Shown here one piece after another: positions 26,079 through 35,853 of a stretch of 36,958 bases of DNA. The notes beneath the pieces were generated by a model. The model did not search any database. It was not told the origin of the DNA and saw only the letters and a program-made list of their open reading frames with translations. The position numbers and the translations under genes are program-made. Positions within the stretch are counted from its first letter, which is position 1. Every line of letters starts with the position of its first letter. This DNA is from a virus (Duplodnaviria; Heunggongvirae; Uroviricota; Caudoviricetes), in the IMG/VR virus record IMGVR_UViG_2897346870_000003, positions 1 to 36,958 of that record. The stretch is one strand, 5' to 3'.

Positions 26079-26108
26079 AGGCCACCTTCTAATAGGTGGC
26101 TTTTTAAT
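26079..26108 (+). terminator. Rho-independent terminator after the moron gene
   Basis: GCCACC-loop-GGTGGC stem followed by TTTTT. Confidence 0.7.
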
Positions 26109-26121
26109 TTTCGGAGTATAT

Positions 26122-27450
26122 ATGACGTGGAAAGACAGGCTTCAGGACGCGTCATTTCGCGGCGTGCCGTTTAAGGTTGAAGAAGAAAGTGCGGGAACCG
26201 GTCGCCGTGTGGAAACACATGAATACCCGAACCGCGACAAACCCTATACCGAAGACCTGGGGAAAATCACTTTTCGCCCGTCCATCACGGCTTATGTGGT
26301 GGGAGATGACTGCTTTGACCAGCGCGATCGCCTGATTGACGCGCTGAATAAACCCGGTCCCGGCACGCTTGTCCACCCGACATACGGTGAGTTGAAAGTC
26401 TGTGTTGACGGGGAAGTTCGGGTCAGCACATCGAAGAGTGAAGGGCGTATTGTCCGCTTTGACCTGAAGTTTGTCGAAGCGGGAGATCTCTCTTACCCCA
26501 CATCAGGCGTGGCGACGGCGCAGACGCTGATGTCATCCTGTTCTGCACTGGATGACTGCATCAGTGACAGCTTCAGCGGTTTCAGTATCGATGGCGTGGC
26601 GGATTTTGTGCAGAACGACGTTATCGGTAATGCCAGCACAATGCTTGGGTATGTTTCTGATGCGATGAAAGTGGTGGATTCTGCTGTATCGGATGCCGCC
26701 AGGCTGTTGCAGGGGGATATCTCGGTACTTATGCCGCCGCCATCGTCAGGAAAAAATTTCGTTGAGCAGGTGCAGAAAATGTGGCGTACCGGGAAACGCC
26801 TTTATGGTAACGCCAGCGACCTGGTCACCATGATCAAAACGCTTTCTGGTGTCAGCCTCGGCAGCGATTTGCAACCGCGCGGCGTCTGGAAAACGGACAG
26901 TAAAACCACCGCCACAGCGACGCAGCAGCGTAACATGGTTGCCAGCACCCTTCGTACGACTGCAATCAGCGAAGCGGCGTATGCCGTTACCCGATTGCCT
27001 GCGCCAACAACTTCTGCGGTGATGCAGAATGCCGCAGTGGGGCAGTCAACAACACCCGCGCAGAGCTCCGGCTGGCCTGCCGTCACGCATCCGGTGCTGA
27101 ACAATGCACCGGCGGTGAAAAACACGGTTGACCTGCCAACGTGGGAAGAACTGACCGACATTCGCGACACACTGAATATGGCAATTGATAAGGAGTTGTC
27201 CCGTACAACCAGTGATGCGCTGTTTCTGGCGCTGCGCCGGGTGAAAGCAGATCTGAATGCGGATATCAACACGCGCCTTGAACAGTCTGCTCGGATCATT
27301 CAGCGCACGCCGGATGAGGTTTTACCCGCGCTGGTGCTGGCGGCGACCTGGTTTGATAACGCGGCGCGTGACGCGGACATTATCCGGCGTAATGCCATTA
27401 CGCATCCCGGCTTTGTGCCGGTGATCCCTCTGAAGGTGCCAGTGCAATGA
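26122..27450 (+). CDS. DNA circulation protein (Mu gpN-like)
   Basis: 442 aa after the tape measure/moron; N-terminal region typical of Mu N-like proteins. Confidence 0.85.
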   Translation: MTWKDRLQDASFRGVPFKVEEESAGTGRRVETHEYPNRDKPYTEDLGKITFRPSITAYVVGDDCFDQRDRLIDALNKPGPGTLVHPTYGELKVCVDGEVRVSTSKSEGRIVRFDLKFVEAGDLSYPTSGVATAQTLMSSCSALDDCISDSFSGFSIDGVADFVQNDVIGNASTMLGYVSDAMKVVDSAVSDAARLLQGDISVLMPPPSSGKNFVEQVQKMWRTGKRLYGNASDLVTMIKTLSGVSLGSDLQPRGVWKTDSKTTATATQQRNMVASTLRTTAISEAAYAVTRLPAPTTSAVMQNAAVGQSTTPAQSSGWPAVTHPVLNNAPAVKNTVDLPTWEELTDIRDTLNMAIDKELSRTTSDALFLALRRVKADLNADINTRLEQSARIIQRTPDEVLPALVLAATWFDNAARDADIIRRNAITHPGFVPVIPLKVPVQ

Positions 27451-28526
27451 ACGATAACGTCACGCTACGGGTAAATGGCCGGGAGTGGAATGGCTGGACA
27501 TCGGTGCGCATCGGTGCCGGTATTGAACGGCTGGCGCGGGATTTCAGCGTGGAGATCACCCGCCAGTGGCCGGGAGATGAGGGTATCACCACGCTTCAGC
27601 CGCGCATTAAAAATGGTTCAAAAGTGGAAGTGCTGATTGGTGATGAGCTGGTGATCACCGGCTGGGTGGAGGCGACCCCCGTTCGTTACGATGCCCGTTC
27701 GGTCAGCACCGGTATTGCCGGACGTAGTCTGACTGCTGACCTGATTGACTGTGCAGCCGAACCGACACAGTTTAACGGACGATCGCTGGTACAGATTGCG
27801 CAGGCGCTTGCTGCGCCTTTCGGCATTGAGGTGGTGAACAGCGATGCGCCGTCGGGTGTTATTCCGGATGTCCAGCCTGATCACGGTGAAACGGTGATCG
27901 AGGTGATCAACAAAATACTCGGTCAGCAGCAGGCGCTGGCTTATGACGACCCGCACGGCAGGCTGGTGATTGGTGGTATTGGCTCAACGCGGGCACATAC
28001 CGCGCTGGTACTTGGGGAAAACATCCTTTCCTGTGATACGGAGAAGAGTATCCGGGAGCGGTTTTCAGTTTACCAGGTGGCGGGGCAGCGTGCCGGAAAC
28101 GACGATGATTTCGGTGAGGCCACCACCACCGCGCTGCGGGCCCGCACAGAGGATGCATTTATTGCCCGTTACCGTCCGATGTATATCAGGCAGACAGGGC
28201 AGGCTACGGGGGCAGGCTGTATTGCGCGTGCTGACTTTGAAGCCCGACAACGGGCGGCGCGGACGGATGAAACCACCTATGTGGTGCAGGGCTGGCGACA
28301 GGGTAACGGTACGCTGTGGCAGCCCAACCAGCGGGTGATTGTCTTCGATCCGGTCTGTGGTTTCGACAATACCGAACTGCTTGTCTCGGAAGTCACGTTT
28401 ACTCAGGACCAGAATGGCACCCTGACGGAAATCCGTGTCGGCCCACCTGATGCTTATCTGCCTGAACCCGAAGCCCCCGGCGCGCGGAAAAAGAAAAAAG
28501 CCAGAGTACAGGAGGACCCGTTCTGA
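27447..28526 (+). CDS. Baseplate hub protein (Mu gpP / P2 gpD-like)
   Basis: 359 aa; position and size. Confidence 0.85.
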   Translation: MNDNVTLRVNGREWNGWTSVRIGAGIERLARDFSVEITRQWPGDEGITTLQPRIKNGSKVEVLIGDELVITGWVEATPVRYDARSVSTGIAGRSLTADLIDCAAEPTQFNGRSLVQIAQALAAPFGIEVVNSDAPSGVIPDVQPDHGETVIEVINKILGQQQALAYDDPHGRLVIGGIGSTRAHTALVLGENILSCDTEKSIRERFSVYQVAGQRAGNDDDFGEATTTALRARTEDAFIARYRPMYIRQTGQATGAGCIARADFEARQRAARTDETTYVVQGWRQGNGTLWQPNQRVIVFDPVCGFDNTELLVSEVTFTQDQNGTLTEIRVGPPDAYLPEPEAPGARKKKKARVQEDPF

Positions 28527-29074
28527 TGAAGGCGATTGAAACCATACAGCGACAACTCCTCGGCCTGATTGGGCGGGCGGTGGTGAAAAGCATCAGTGCC
28601 GCCACGAAATGTCAGACCGTGGATGTGTCCCTGATTGCCGGTGAACCCAAAGCCGGGGTTGAACATCTTGAACCCTACGGTTTTACCGCAAGGGCAAACA
28701 GCGGTGCGGAAGCGGTGGTGTTGTTTCCGGATGGTGACCGTTCTCATGCGGTGGTTGTTACGGTGTCGGACCGGCGCTACCGCCTGAAAGGGCTGCAGAC
28801 GGGTGAGGTGGCTGTCTATGACGATCAGGGGCAGTCCGTGACGCTGACCCGGGAGGGGATCGTGGTGGACGGTGCAGGTAAAACGATCACGTTTCGCAAT
28901 TCACCTAAAGCACGTTTTGAAATGGACCTGGAAGTGACAGGACAGGTGAAAGACCTGTGCGACTCCAGCGGCACCACCATGTCAGCGATGCGGCTTGCCT
29001 ATAACGGGCATCGTCACAGAGAGAACGGTCAGGGCAGTAACACCGACAAACCTGATAAAGCGATGGAGGCATGA
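28526..29074 (+). CDS. Baseplate spike/assembly protein (Mu gp45 / gpV-like)
   Basis: 182 aa; position. Confidence 0.8.
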   Translation: MKAIETIQRQLLGLIGRAVVKSISAATKCQTVDVSLIAGEPKAGVEHLEPYGFTARANSGAEAVVLFPDGDRSHAVVVTVSDRRYRLKGLQTGEVAVYDDQGQSVTLTREGIVVDGAGKTITFRNSPKARFEMDLEVTGQVKDLCDSSGTTMSAMRLAYNGHRHRENGQGSNTDKPDKAMEA

Positions 29075-29499
29075 TGGAACTGTGGCTGACGGTGAACGGT
29101 AAACGCACCTGCGCCAGCGCACCGCTGGATCCGCTGACCCGCGCCGTGGTGATTTCCCTGTTTACCTGGCGGCGGGCGGAGCCTGATGACAACGCCGACG
29201 TCCCGATGGGATGGTGGGGGGATACCTGGCCTGCGGTACAGAATGACCGTTACGGCTCCCGACTGTGGCTGCTTCAGCGCAGCAAACTGACCAATCAGCT
29301 GGTGCTGACGGTAAGGGGGTATATCCGCGAATGCCTGCAATGGATGATTGATGACGGCGTGGTGTCCCGTATTGATCTGGATATCCGCCGCACCGGGATT
29401 AATGAACTGGGTAACAGTATCACTCTCTGGCGTCGTGACGGACCGGTAATGATTTCTTTTGATGATCTGTGGAGTGCGATAACGCATGGCGGACAGTGA
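29071..29499 (+). CDS. Baseplate protein (Mu gp46-like)
   Basis: 142 aa; position. Confidence 0.8.
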   Translation: MMELWLTVNGKRTCASAPLDPLTRAVVISLFTWRRAEPDDNADVPMGWWGDTWPAVQNDRYGSRLWLLQRSKLTNQLVLTVRGYIRECLQWMIDDGVVSRIDLDIRRTGINELGNSITLWRRDGPVMISFDDLWSAITHGGQ

Positions 29500-30544
29500 A
29501 TTTCAGCGCCCGACGCTGGCAGAAAATATCAGTATGCTCCGTAACGATTTATTCGCCAGGCTGGACGTCAGCGACACGCTCCGGCGCATGGATGAAGACG
29601 TGCGGGCAAAGGTGTATGCGGCGGCGCTGCATACGGTTTACGGGTACATCGATTATCTGGCAATGAACATGCTGCCTGACCTGTGCGATGAGTTCTGGCT
29701 GGCGCGACATGCTGCGATGAAACGGTGTCCGCGCAAGGGGGCCACGGCTGCCAGCGGGTATATGCGCTGGGAAGGTGTCAGCGATGGCCTGAAGGTGACC
29801 GCCGGGAGTGTTATTCAGCGCGATGACCTGGTTCAGTATACTGCAACTGCCGATGCAACCAGCTCCGGTGGTGTCCTGCGCGTGCCGATCGCCTGCTCAA
29901 ATGCAGGCGCGGTCGGTAACGCTGACGACGGTACGGCATTAATCCTGGTCACGCCGGTGAATGGTCTGCCGTCTTCCGGTGTGGCTGACACCCTGACAGG
30001 CGGATTTGAAACTGAAGAGCTGGAAACGTGGCGCGCCCGCGTCATTGAGCGGTATTACTGGACGCCGCAGGGCGGGGCTGACGGGGACTATGTCGTCTGG
30101 GCTAAAGAAGTGCCCGGCATTACCCGCGCATGGACATACCGTCACTGGATGGGAACGGGAACTGTCGGTGTGATGATTGCCAGCAGTGACCTGATTAATC
30201 CCATTCCGGAAGAATCAACGGAAACGGCGGCAAGACAACATATCGGGCCACTGGCCCCGGTGGCAGGCTCTGATTTGTATGTGTTCAGGCCGGTGGCACA
30301 TACGGTGGATTTTCATATCCGCGTGACGCCGGACACACCGGAAATACGGGCTGCCATCACCGCGGAGTTGCGTTCGTTCCTGCTGCGTGATGGTTATCCG
30401 CAGGGAGAACTGAAGGTATCGCGTATCAGTGAGGCGATTTCCGGTGCGAACGGGGAATACAGCCATCAGTTGCTTGCACCGGCAGACGATATCTCCATTG
30501 CAAAAAATGAACTGGCGGTACTGGGGACGATTTCATGGACGTGA
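29486..30544 (+). CDS. Baseplate J-like protein (Mu gp47-like)
   Basis: 352 aa; position. Confidence 0.88.
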   Translation: MADSEFQRPTLAENISMLRNDLFARLDVSDTLRRMDEDVRAKVYAAALHTVYGYIDYLAMNMLPDLCDEFWLARHAAMKRCPRKGATAASGYMRWEGVSDGLKVTAGSVIQRDDLVQYTATADATSSGGVLRVPIACSNAGAVGNADDGTALILVTPVNGLPSSGVADTLTGGFETEELETWRARVIERYYWTPQGGADGDYVVWAKEVPGITRAWTYRHWMGTGTVGVMIASSDLINPIPEESTETAARQHIGPLAPVAGSDLYVFRPVAHTVDFHIRVTPDTPEIRAAITAELRSFLLRDGYPQGELKVSRISEAISGANGEYSHQLLAPADDISIAKNELAVLGTISWT

Positions 30545-31119
30545 CAAACGATGATTACATCCGCCTGTTATCGGCACTGTTGCCGCCCGGTCCGGCGTGG
30601 TCAGCCAGCGATCCGGCGATTGCCGGTGCGGCACCGTCATTAACCCGTGTTCATCAGCGTGCGGATGCCCTGATGCGGGAGCTGGATCCGCGCACCACCA
30701 CTGAACTGATAAACCGCTGGGAGCGTCTGTGCGGTCTGCCGGATGAATGTATTCCGGCGGGAACGCAGACCCTTCGCCAGCGTCAGCAACGGCTGGATGC
30801 GAAGGTTAACCTGGCGGGCGGCATCAACGAGGATTTTTATCTTGCACAGCTTGCTGCCCTGGGCAGACCAGATGCCACCATCACGCGATACGACAAAAGC
30901 ACGTTCACCTGCTCATCGGCCTGTACTGACGCGGTGAATGCGCCGGAATGGCGGTATTACTGGCAGGTCAACATGCCAACCACCACCAACACCACCTGGA
31001 TGACATGTGGCGATCCCTGTGATTCCGCACTGCGTATCTGGGGTGACACCGTTGTCGAGTGTGTGCTTAACAAACTCTGCCCGTCGCATACCTACGTAAT
31101 TTTTAAATATCCGGAGTAA
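30535..31119 (+). CDS. Baseplate/tail protein (Mu gp48-like, DUF2313)
   Basis: 194 aa; position before the tail fibre gene. Confidence 0.85.
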   Translation: MDVTNDDYIRLLSALLPPGPAWSASDPAIAGAAPSLTRVHQRADALMRELDPRTTTELINRWERLCGLPDECIPAGTQTLRQRQQRLDAKVNLAGGINEDFYLAQLAALGRPDATITRYDKSTFTCSSACTDAVNAPEWRYYWQVNMPTTTNTTWMTCGDPCDSALRIWGDTVVECVLNKLCPSHTYVIFKYPE

Positions 31120-31122
31120 TCC

Positions 31123-31875
31123 ATGCATCGTATAGACACGAAAACCGCGCAGAAGGATAAGTTCGGCGCGGGTAAGAACGGTTTTACCCGTGGTAACCCC
31201 CAGACTGGTACGCCTGCCACCGATCTGGATGATGACTACTTTGACATGTTGCAGGAGGAGCTTTGCAGCGTTGTGGAGGCATCCGGTGCCAGCCTGGAGA
31301 AGGGGCGGCATGACCAGCTGCTTACCGCGCTTCATGCGCTGCTGTTAAGCCGCAAGAATCCGTTTGGCGATATCAAATCGGATGGCACGGTGAAAACGGC
31401 TCTCGAAAACCTTGGTTTGGGGTTGGGTTCGGCATTACCCGTTGGCGTACCTGTTCCGTGGCCTTTGACCACACCGCCAACAGGCTGGATGAAATGCAAC
31501 GGTTCCAGATTTAGCCTGACAGGTTACCCCGCGCTTGCCGCTGTGTTCCCTTCTGGTGTGCTTCCAGACCTGCGCGGTGAGTTTATCCGAGGATGGGATG
31601 ATGGGCGCGGTGTCGATGCTGGCCGTGCAATAATGACAACGCAAGAGGATGCCATCCAAAATATTACCGGCGAAGTTGGTTTTATTCAGTATTTTGGCGA
31701 AACGCATCATTCTGGCGCGCTGTTTCCCGGTGGTGCTCAAAACATCACCAACGTAGATCCGGGCGGTGATACTAGAGCTCAAAGTGTGTTCTTTGATGCG
31801 TCAAGATCTGTACGAACCGCATCAGAAAACCGTCCGCGTAACATCGCGTTTAACTACATTGTAAGGGCAGCATGA
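31123..31875 (+). CDS. Tail fibre protein (constant N-terminus fused to the currently expressed variable C-terminus)
   Basis: 250 aa; the hix-like crossover site lies at codons 95-102 (ENLGLGLG). Confidence 0.85.
   Translation: MHRIDTKTAQKDKFGAGKNGFTRGNPQTGTPATDLDDDYFDMLQEELCSVVEASGASLEKGRHDQLLTALHALLLSRKNPFGDIKSDGTVKTALENLGLGLGSALPVGVPVPWPLTTPPTGWMKCNGSRFSLTGYPALAAVFPSGVLPDLRGEFIRGWDDGRGVDAGRAIMTTQEDAIQNITGEVGFIQYFGETHHSGALFPGGAQNITNVDPGGDTRAQSVFFDASRSVRTASENRPRNIAFNYIVRAA
31400..31425. other. Left inversion crossover site (hix/gix-like): CTCTCGAAAACC-TT-GGTTTGGGGTTG
   Basis: Left half matches the recalled hixL half TTCTTGAAAACC in 10 of 11 positions; core TT. Confidence 0.7.
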
Positions 31876-32483
31876 TGACCGTAAACGAAATCACTTTAGA
31901 CGAAAATGGATTTGCCACGGAAGCTGGCTTTATTACCGTTTACAACTACAACGGCGAAACGCGGGAGTATATTTCTTCATCACTTGAATTCCTGCCTTTT
32001 GGTGTTGGCGTTCCTGCTCATTCCACAACTGAGGCACCAGGAGAAAGCAAGGCCGGTTTTGCCATCCGCAGGACCGCTGATTTGACTGGCTGGGAGCTTG
32101 CGCCAGACCATCGCGGCGAAACTGTTTACAGCACGACCAATGGCAAACCTGTAACTGTTTCACAGTTGGGCGAATACCCGGAAGGAACCACCGTCAAAGC
32201 GCCTTCTACGCAATACGACAAATGGGATGGCAAAAAATGGGTGACTGATAGCGATGAACAGCATCGCGCCGCAGTAGAAGCGGCAGAAGCACAGCGCCAG
32301 TCGCTGATTGATGCTGCAATGGCTTCCATCAGTCTGATTCAACTGAAATTACAGGCCGGGCGGAAGCTGACGCAGCCAGAAAACACCCGACTTAACGCTG
32401 TGCTGGATTATATTGACGCGGTGACGGCAACAGATACCAGCACAGCGCCGGATGTCATCTGGCCTGAACTGCCGGAGGCGTAG
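31872..32483 (+). CDS. Tail fibre assembly protein (expressed orientation)
   Basis: 203 aa after the fibre gene; conserved C-terminal ...VIWPELPEA. Confidence 0.85.
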   Translation: MMTVNEITLDENGFATEAGFITVYNYNGETREYISSSLEFLPFGVGVPAHSTTEAPGESKAGFAIRRTADLTGWELAPDHRGETVYSTTNGKPVTVSQLGEYPEGTTVKAPSTQYDKWDGKKWVTDSDEQHRAAVEAAEAQRQSLIDAAMASISLIQLKLQAGRKLTQPENTRLNAVLDYIDAVTATDTSTAPDVIWPELPEA

Positions 32484-32892
32484 GCCATTCAATATCTGGC
32501 ACACTGGAGGTATCAACCAGCTCCAGTGCGTCCAGATAATCCAGCCACGAATTATATTGCGCCAGTTCCTCGCCTTTCAGACGACCAATAGCGGCTTTAC
32601 CGGGCCATTGTTTACTGTTCATGTATTCGTTGGCCTGATTAATTAATAGCTGTCTTTTTGACTCAGAAATTTCAATAAGTTCTTCATGCGTGGGTGAAGG
32701 AATATCTGCCCACGCAGGCATTCCGTCTGCACCTGCAATACGTCGCTTACCCTGCGGAGGTGTCGCCATAAACGACTCGGCACGTCGGGTTTCAATATCT
32801 TTTGCATCATCAGGCCATGTGCCGGAATCGCGGTATACGGCCTCATTACCAGCCAGATAAAACGCATTTTTTTTAGCACTGTATTTGTACAT
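32455..32892 (-). CDS. Tail fibre assembly protein (alternative, silent orientation)
   Basis: 145 aa; related C-terminus ...[13 protein letters not shown]; inverted within the segment. Confidence 0.8.
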   Translation of the reverse strand: MYKYSAKKNAFYLAGNEAVYRDSGTWPDDAKDIETRRAESFMATPPQGKRRIAGADGMPAWADIPSPTHEELIEISESKRQLLINQANEYMNSKQWPGKAAIGRLKGEELAQYNSWLDYLDALELVDTSSVPDIEWPTPPAVQAR

Positions 32893-32893
32893 A

Positions 32894-33466
32894 TTATTTC
32901 CCTACCGCAATCCAGAAAAATGAACTCATGCTGGCTACTGGTGCTCCGCCCGCTGTTGGAATCATCAGATTTCGGACGCCGCATCCTAAATTAGTTATCG
33001 TTGGCGCTGAAATTACTGGCGACTGAACTACGTTAGGAAGCGATGCCTGCTGAGGACCAAATCCCACATACATCGGGTATGCAGAGAACGCGACAGGAAA
33101 CGTAATAAAGATCTCTCCAGTTGATGATGGATTGGCTGTCCCCCACTGAATAATCAGACCTGACGGTAATTTTTGCCAGCCATGGCTGGTCAGGCTGGAT
33201 GTGAAGTCATTCATATCCGGAATCTGATTTGCCCCTGAGCCAACATCCCTTTGAGCCGCACTTTTCAGATCAAGATAAGTTCTTAGTTCAGCCTTATCCT
33301 TACCGCTTAAATCTGTCAGTGTCTGGTCTTTTGGTTGCGCATAGTCTTTTGTTGCCAGACGAACTACTGTATTTGTTCTGGCGAATCGCATATACGGGGC
33401 ATTGACGTTACTACTGTCAAACCCTGCAATTTTACATTCATCACCAATTAATGCATCTCCCAAACC
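32894..33466 (-). CDS. Alternative tail-fibre variable C-terminal segment (no native start; expressed only after inversion)
   Basis: Minus-strand ORF whose 5' end crosses the right recombination site; joining the constant part at the crossover gives in-frame ...ENLGLGDALIGDECKIAG... Confidence 0.7.
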   Translation of the reverse strand, partial: GLGDALIGDECKIAGFDSSNVNAPYMRFARTNTVVRLATKDYAQPKDQTLTDLSGKDKAELRTYLDLKSAAQRDVGSGANQIPDMNDFTSSLTSHGWQKLPSGLIIQWGTANPSSTGEIFITFPVAFSAYPMYVGFGPQQASLPNVVQSPVISAPTITNLGCGVRNLMIPTAGGAPVASMSSFFWIAVGK

Positions 33467-33480
33467 AACGTTTATGAAAA
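33455..33480. other. Right inversion crossover site: ATCTCCCAAACC-AA-CGTTTATGAAAA, inverted relative to the left site
   Basis: Core AA is the reverse complement of the left core TT; the 13-bp inverted repeat AAC(C/G)TTGGTTTGGG is shared with the left site. Confidence 0.7.
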
Positions 33481-33534
33481 TGCAGAAATAACGAGCAAAT
33501 GGCATCATTCCTGCTTTTGTCAGGGAGATCTACC

Positions 33535-34089
33535 ATGCTTATTGGCTATGTACGTGTGTCAACAAATGACCAGAACACAGATCTACAACGTAATGCGCTG
33601 AACTGTGCAGGATGCGAGCTGATTTTTGAAGACAAGATAAGCGGTACAAAGTCCGAAAGGCCGGGACTGAAAAAACTGCTCAGGACATTATCGGCAGGTG
33701 ATACGCTGGTGGTCTGGAAACTGGACCGACTGGGGCGCAGTATGCGGCATCTTGTCGTGCTGGTGGAGGAGTTGCGCGAACGAGGCATCAACTTTCGTAG
33801 TCTGACGGATTCAATTGATACCAGTACCCCAATGGGGCGCTTTTTCTTTCATGTGATGGGTGCCCTGGCTGAAATGGAGCGTGAACTGATTGTTGAAAGA
33901 ACAAAAGCTGGACTGGAAGCTGCTCGCGCACAGGGACGAATTGGTGGACGTCGTCCCAAACTTACACCAGAACAATGGGAACAGGCCGGACGATTAATTG
34001 CATCAGGCGTTCCTCGCCAGAAGGTGGCGATTATCTATGATGTTGGTGTGTCAACTTTGTATAAGAGGTTTCCTGCAGGGGATAAATAA
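33535..34089 (+). CDS. pin: Serine DNA invertase (Hin/Gin/Pin family)
   Basis: MLIGYVRVSTNDQNTDLQ... with catalytic Ser, C-terminal HTH; AGGGAGA Shine-Dalgarno. Confidence 0.95.
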   Translation: MLIGYVRVSTNDQNTDLQRNALNCAGCELIFEDKISGTKSERPGLKKLLRTLSAGDTLVVWKLDRLGRSMRHLVVLVEELRERGINFRSLTDSIDTSTPMGRFFFHVMGALAEMERELIVERTKAGLEAARAQGRIGGRRPKLTPEQWEQAGRLIASGVPRQKVAIIYDVGVSTLYKRFPAGDK

Positions 34090-34195
34090 AGTTAAAGACA
34101 CTTTGTGTACAAAAGAAAGTAAAACAACAGCAACTTGTTGCAATTTTATCAATAAAAGTAGTATTGTCGTGAAAAATTGATTAAAGATTAATATT

Positions 34196-35029
34196 ATGCA
34201 TGTTTTTGATAATAATGGAATTGAACTGAAAGCTGAGTGTTCGATAGGTGAAGAGGATGGTGTTTATGGTCTAATCCTTGAGTCGTGGGGGCCGGGTGAC
34301 AGAAACAAAGATTACAATATCGCTCTTGATTATATCATTGAACGGTTGGTTGATTCTGGTGTATACCAAGTCGTAGTATATCTGGCGTCATCATCAGTCA
34401 GAAAACATATGCATTCTTTGGATGAAAGAAAAATCCATCCTGGTGAATATTTTACTTTGATTGGTAATAGCCCCCGCGATATACGCTTGAAGATGTGTGG
34501 TTATCAGGCTTATTTTAGTCGTGCGGGGAGAAAGGAAATTCCTTCCGGCAATAGAACGAAACGAATATTGATAAATGTTCCAAGTATTTATAGTGGCAGT
34601 TTTTGGGCGTCTATAATACGTGGAGAACTATCAGAGCTTTCACAGCCTACAGATGATGAATCGCTTCTGAATATGAGGGTTAGTAAATTAATTAAGAAAA
34701 CGTTGAGTCAACCCGAGGGCTCCAGGAAACCAGTTGAGGTAGAAAGACTACAAAAAGTTTATGTCCGAGACCCGATGGTAAAAGCTTGGATTTTACAGCA
34801 AAGTAAAGGTATATGTGAAAACTGTGGTAAAAATGCTCCGTTTTATTTAAATGATGGAAACCCATATTTGGAAGTGCATCATGTAATTCCCCTGTCTTCA
34901 GGTGGTGCTGATACAACAGATAACTGTGTTGCCCTTTGTCCGAATTGCCATAGAGAATTGCACTATAGTAAAAATGCAAAAGAACTAATCGAGATGCTTT
35001 ACGTTAATATAAACCGATTACAGAAATAA
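34196..35029 (+). CDS. mcrA: McrA-type HNH restriction endonuclease (modified-cytosine restriction)
   Basis: 277 aa; C-terminal HNH motif (CENCG...HHVIPLSSGGADTTDNCVALCPNCH); the pin-mcrA pairing next to the icd fragment matches the recalled e14 arrangement. Confidence 0.85.
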   Translation: MHVFDNNGIELKAECSIGEEDGVYGLILESWGPGDRNKDYNIALDYIIERLVDSGVYQVVVYLASSSVRKHMHSLDERKIHPGEYFTLIGNSPRDIRLKMCGYQAYFSRAGRKEIPSGNRTKRILINVPSIYSGSFWASIIRGELSELSQPTDDESLLNMRVSKLIKKTLSQPEGSRKPVEVERLQKVYVRDPMVKAWILQQSKGICENCGKNAPFYLNDGNPYLEVHHVIPLSSGGADTTDNCVALCPNCHRELHYSKNAKELIEMLYVNINRLQK

Positions 35030-35167
35030 AATTATTTATTAAAGTCACATTTAAGACGTAATATCCTACAGGGTAAAAATTTTCTCTGATCTTAACTTCT
35101 GCAAATGTTAACTGCTATTTTTATGCTAAAAATGGTTATCAAAACTCAAAAACACATGTTTATAATC

Positions 35168-35204
35168 AATGAGTTATAGAAATGCTAAGGGCTAATGAGT
35201 TATA
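35168..35204 (+). repeat. Direct repeats AATGAGTTATA (x2, 26 bp apart) in the AT-rich att-proximal arm; candidate Int arm-type or IHF sites
   Basis: Read directly at 35168-35178 and 35194-35204. Confidence 0.4.
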
Positions 35205-35262
35205 TGCAAATTAGTAAAATTATGTTGCTATGTCAAATAGTTACGATTTAGTCATCTAACTA

Positions 35263-35427
35263 ATGCTGCGCCATATGGGTTGGACTGAAGCGGCTGACCT
35301 GATTGTTAAAGGTATGGAAGGCGCAATCAATGCCAAGACCGTAACTTATGACTTCGAACGTCTGATGGAAGGCGCTAAGCTGCTGAAATGTTCAGAGTTT
35401 GGTGAAGCGATCATCGAAAACATGTAA
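35263..35427 (+). pseudogene. icdC: Displaced 3' end of isocitrate dehydrogenase gene icd (icdC remnant) marking attR
   Basis: Translates to [54 protein letters not shown], the Icd C-terminus as recalled; no upstream icd sequence. Confidence 0.9.
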
Positions 35428-35450
35428 TCTCTCCATGTGTTAAATATTGA

Positions 35451-35479
35451 AACGGGCGTATAACACGCCCGTTGTTTTA
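35451..35479 (+). terminator. Rho-independent terminator (icd terminator): AACGGGCG-TATAACA-CGCCCGTT plus T-rich tail
   Basis: Read directly 24 nt after the icd-fragment stop codon. Confidence 0.8.
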
Positions 35480-35529
35480 TTTATGTGGATATTATTAATA
35501 GCATATCGAGCATATTTATATGAAGCCCA

Positions 35530-35853
35530 TTACTTGAGCCCATATGGGCATATTTTTATAATGCAACTATTATGTAAACATTTATTTGTTATTTTGCTTT
35601 CTCCTGGAGGACACTCTTGACTGCTTTTGAGTAAACTCCATAAATCCTTGTTGAATGGTGCGATGTGATAAATAGTAATAGGATATTCTTTATCCTTAAG
35701 GATAATACCAGACTTAACCGGTGTAAATATACTGCCAGGAGGGAGAAATATAGTAGATTGATACCAGATGATCATTTTCATATTACCCCATATGGCTGAA
35801 AAAGATATACCACATGTAGGTTGAATTACCGTGTCAATTACTATCCACTTCAT
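35530..35853 (-). CDS. iraM: Anti-adaptor protein IraM-like (107 aa), host gene beyond attR
   Basis: 107-aa ORF in an AT-rich region right after the icd remnant; matches the recalled K-12 order mcrA-icdC-iraM-ycgX and IraM size; not searched. Confidence 0.7.
   Translation of the reverse strand: MKWIVIDTVIQPTCGISFSAIWGNMKMIIWYQSTIFLPPGSIFTPVKSGIILKDKEYPITIYHIAPFNKDLWSLLKSSQECPPGESKITNKCLHNSCIIKICPYGLK

Larger units (their letters stand above)
31413..33467. other. Pin-invertible tail-fibre host-range segment (about 2.05 kb)
   Basis: Bounded by inverted hix-like sites, contains two fibre C-termini and two assembly genes in opposite orientations, adjacent to the invertase. Confidence 0.7.
1..35427. 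mobile_element. e14-family temperate prophage (integrase to attR/icd 3' remnant); the left attachment site lies outside the window
   Basis: Contiguous phage modules in lambdoid order ending at a duplicated icd 3' end; pin-mcrA next to the icd fragment is the arrangement recalled for E. coli K-12 e14, but here the head and tail genes are complete. Confidence 0.85.

Noticed and set aside
33499-33534. Upstream ATG at 33499 as the invertase start
   Set aside because: Hin/Gin/Pin invertases begin at MLIGYVRVS; the ATG at 33535 has a proper Shine-Dalgarno and the upstream codons would overlap the recombination site region.
35263-35427. tRNA gene at the attachment site
   Set aside because: No tRNA-like cloverleaf was found; the attachment sequence is the 3' end of the protein-coding icd gene.
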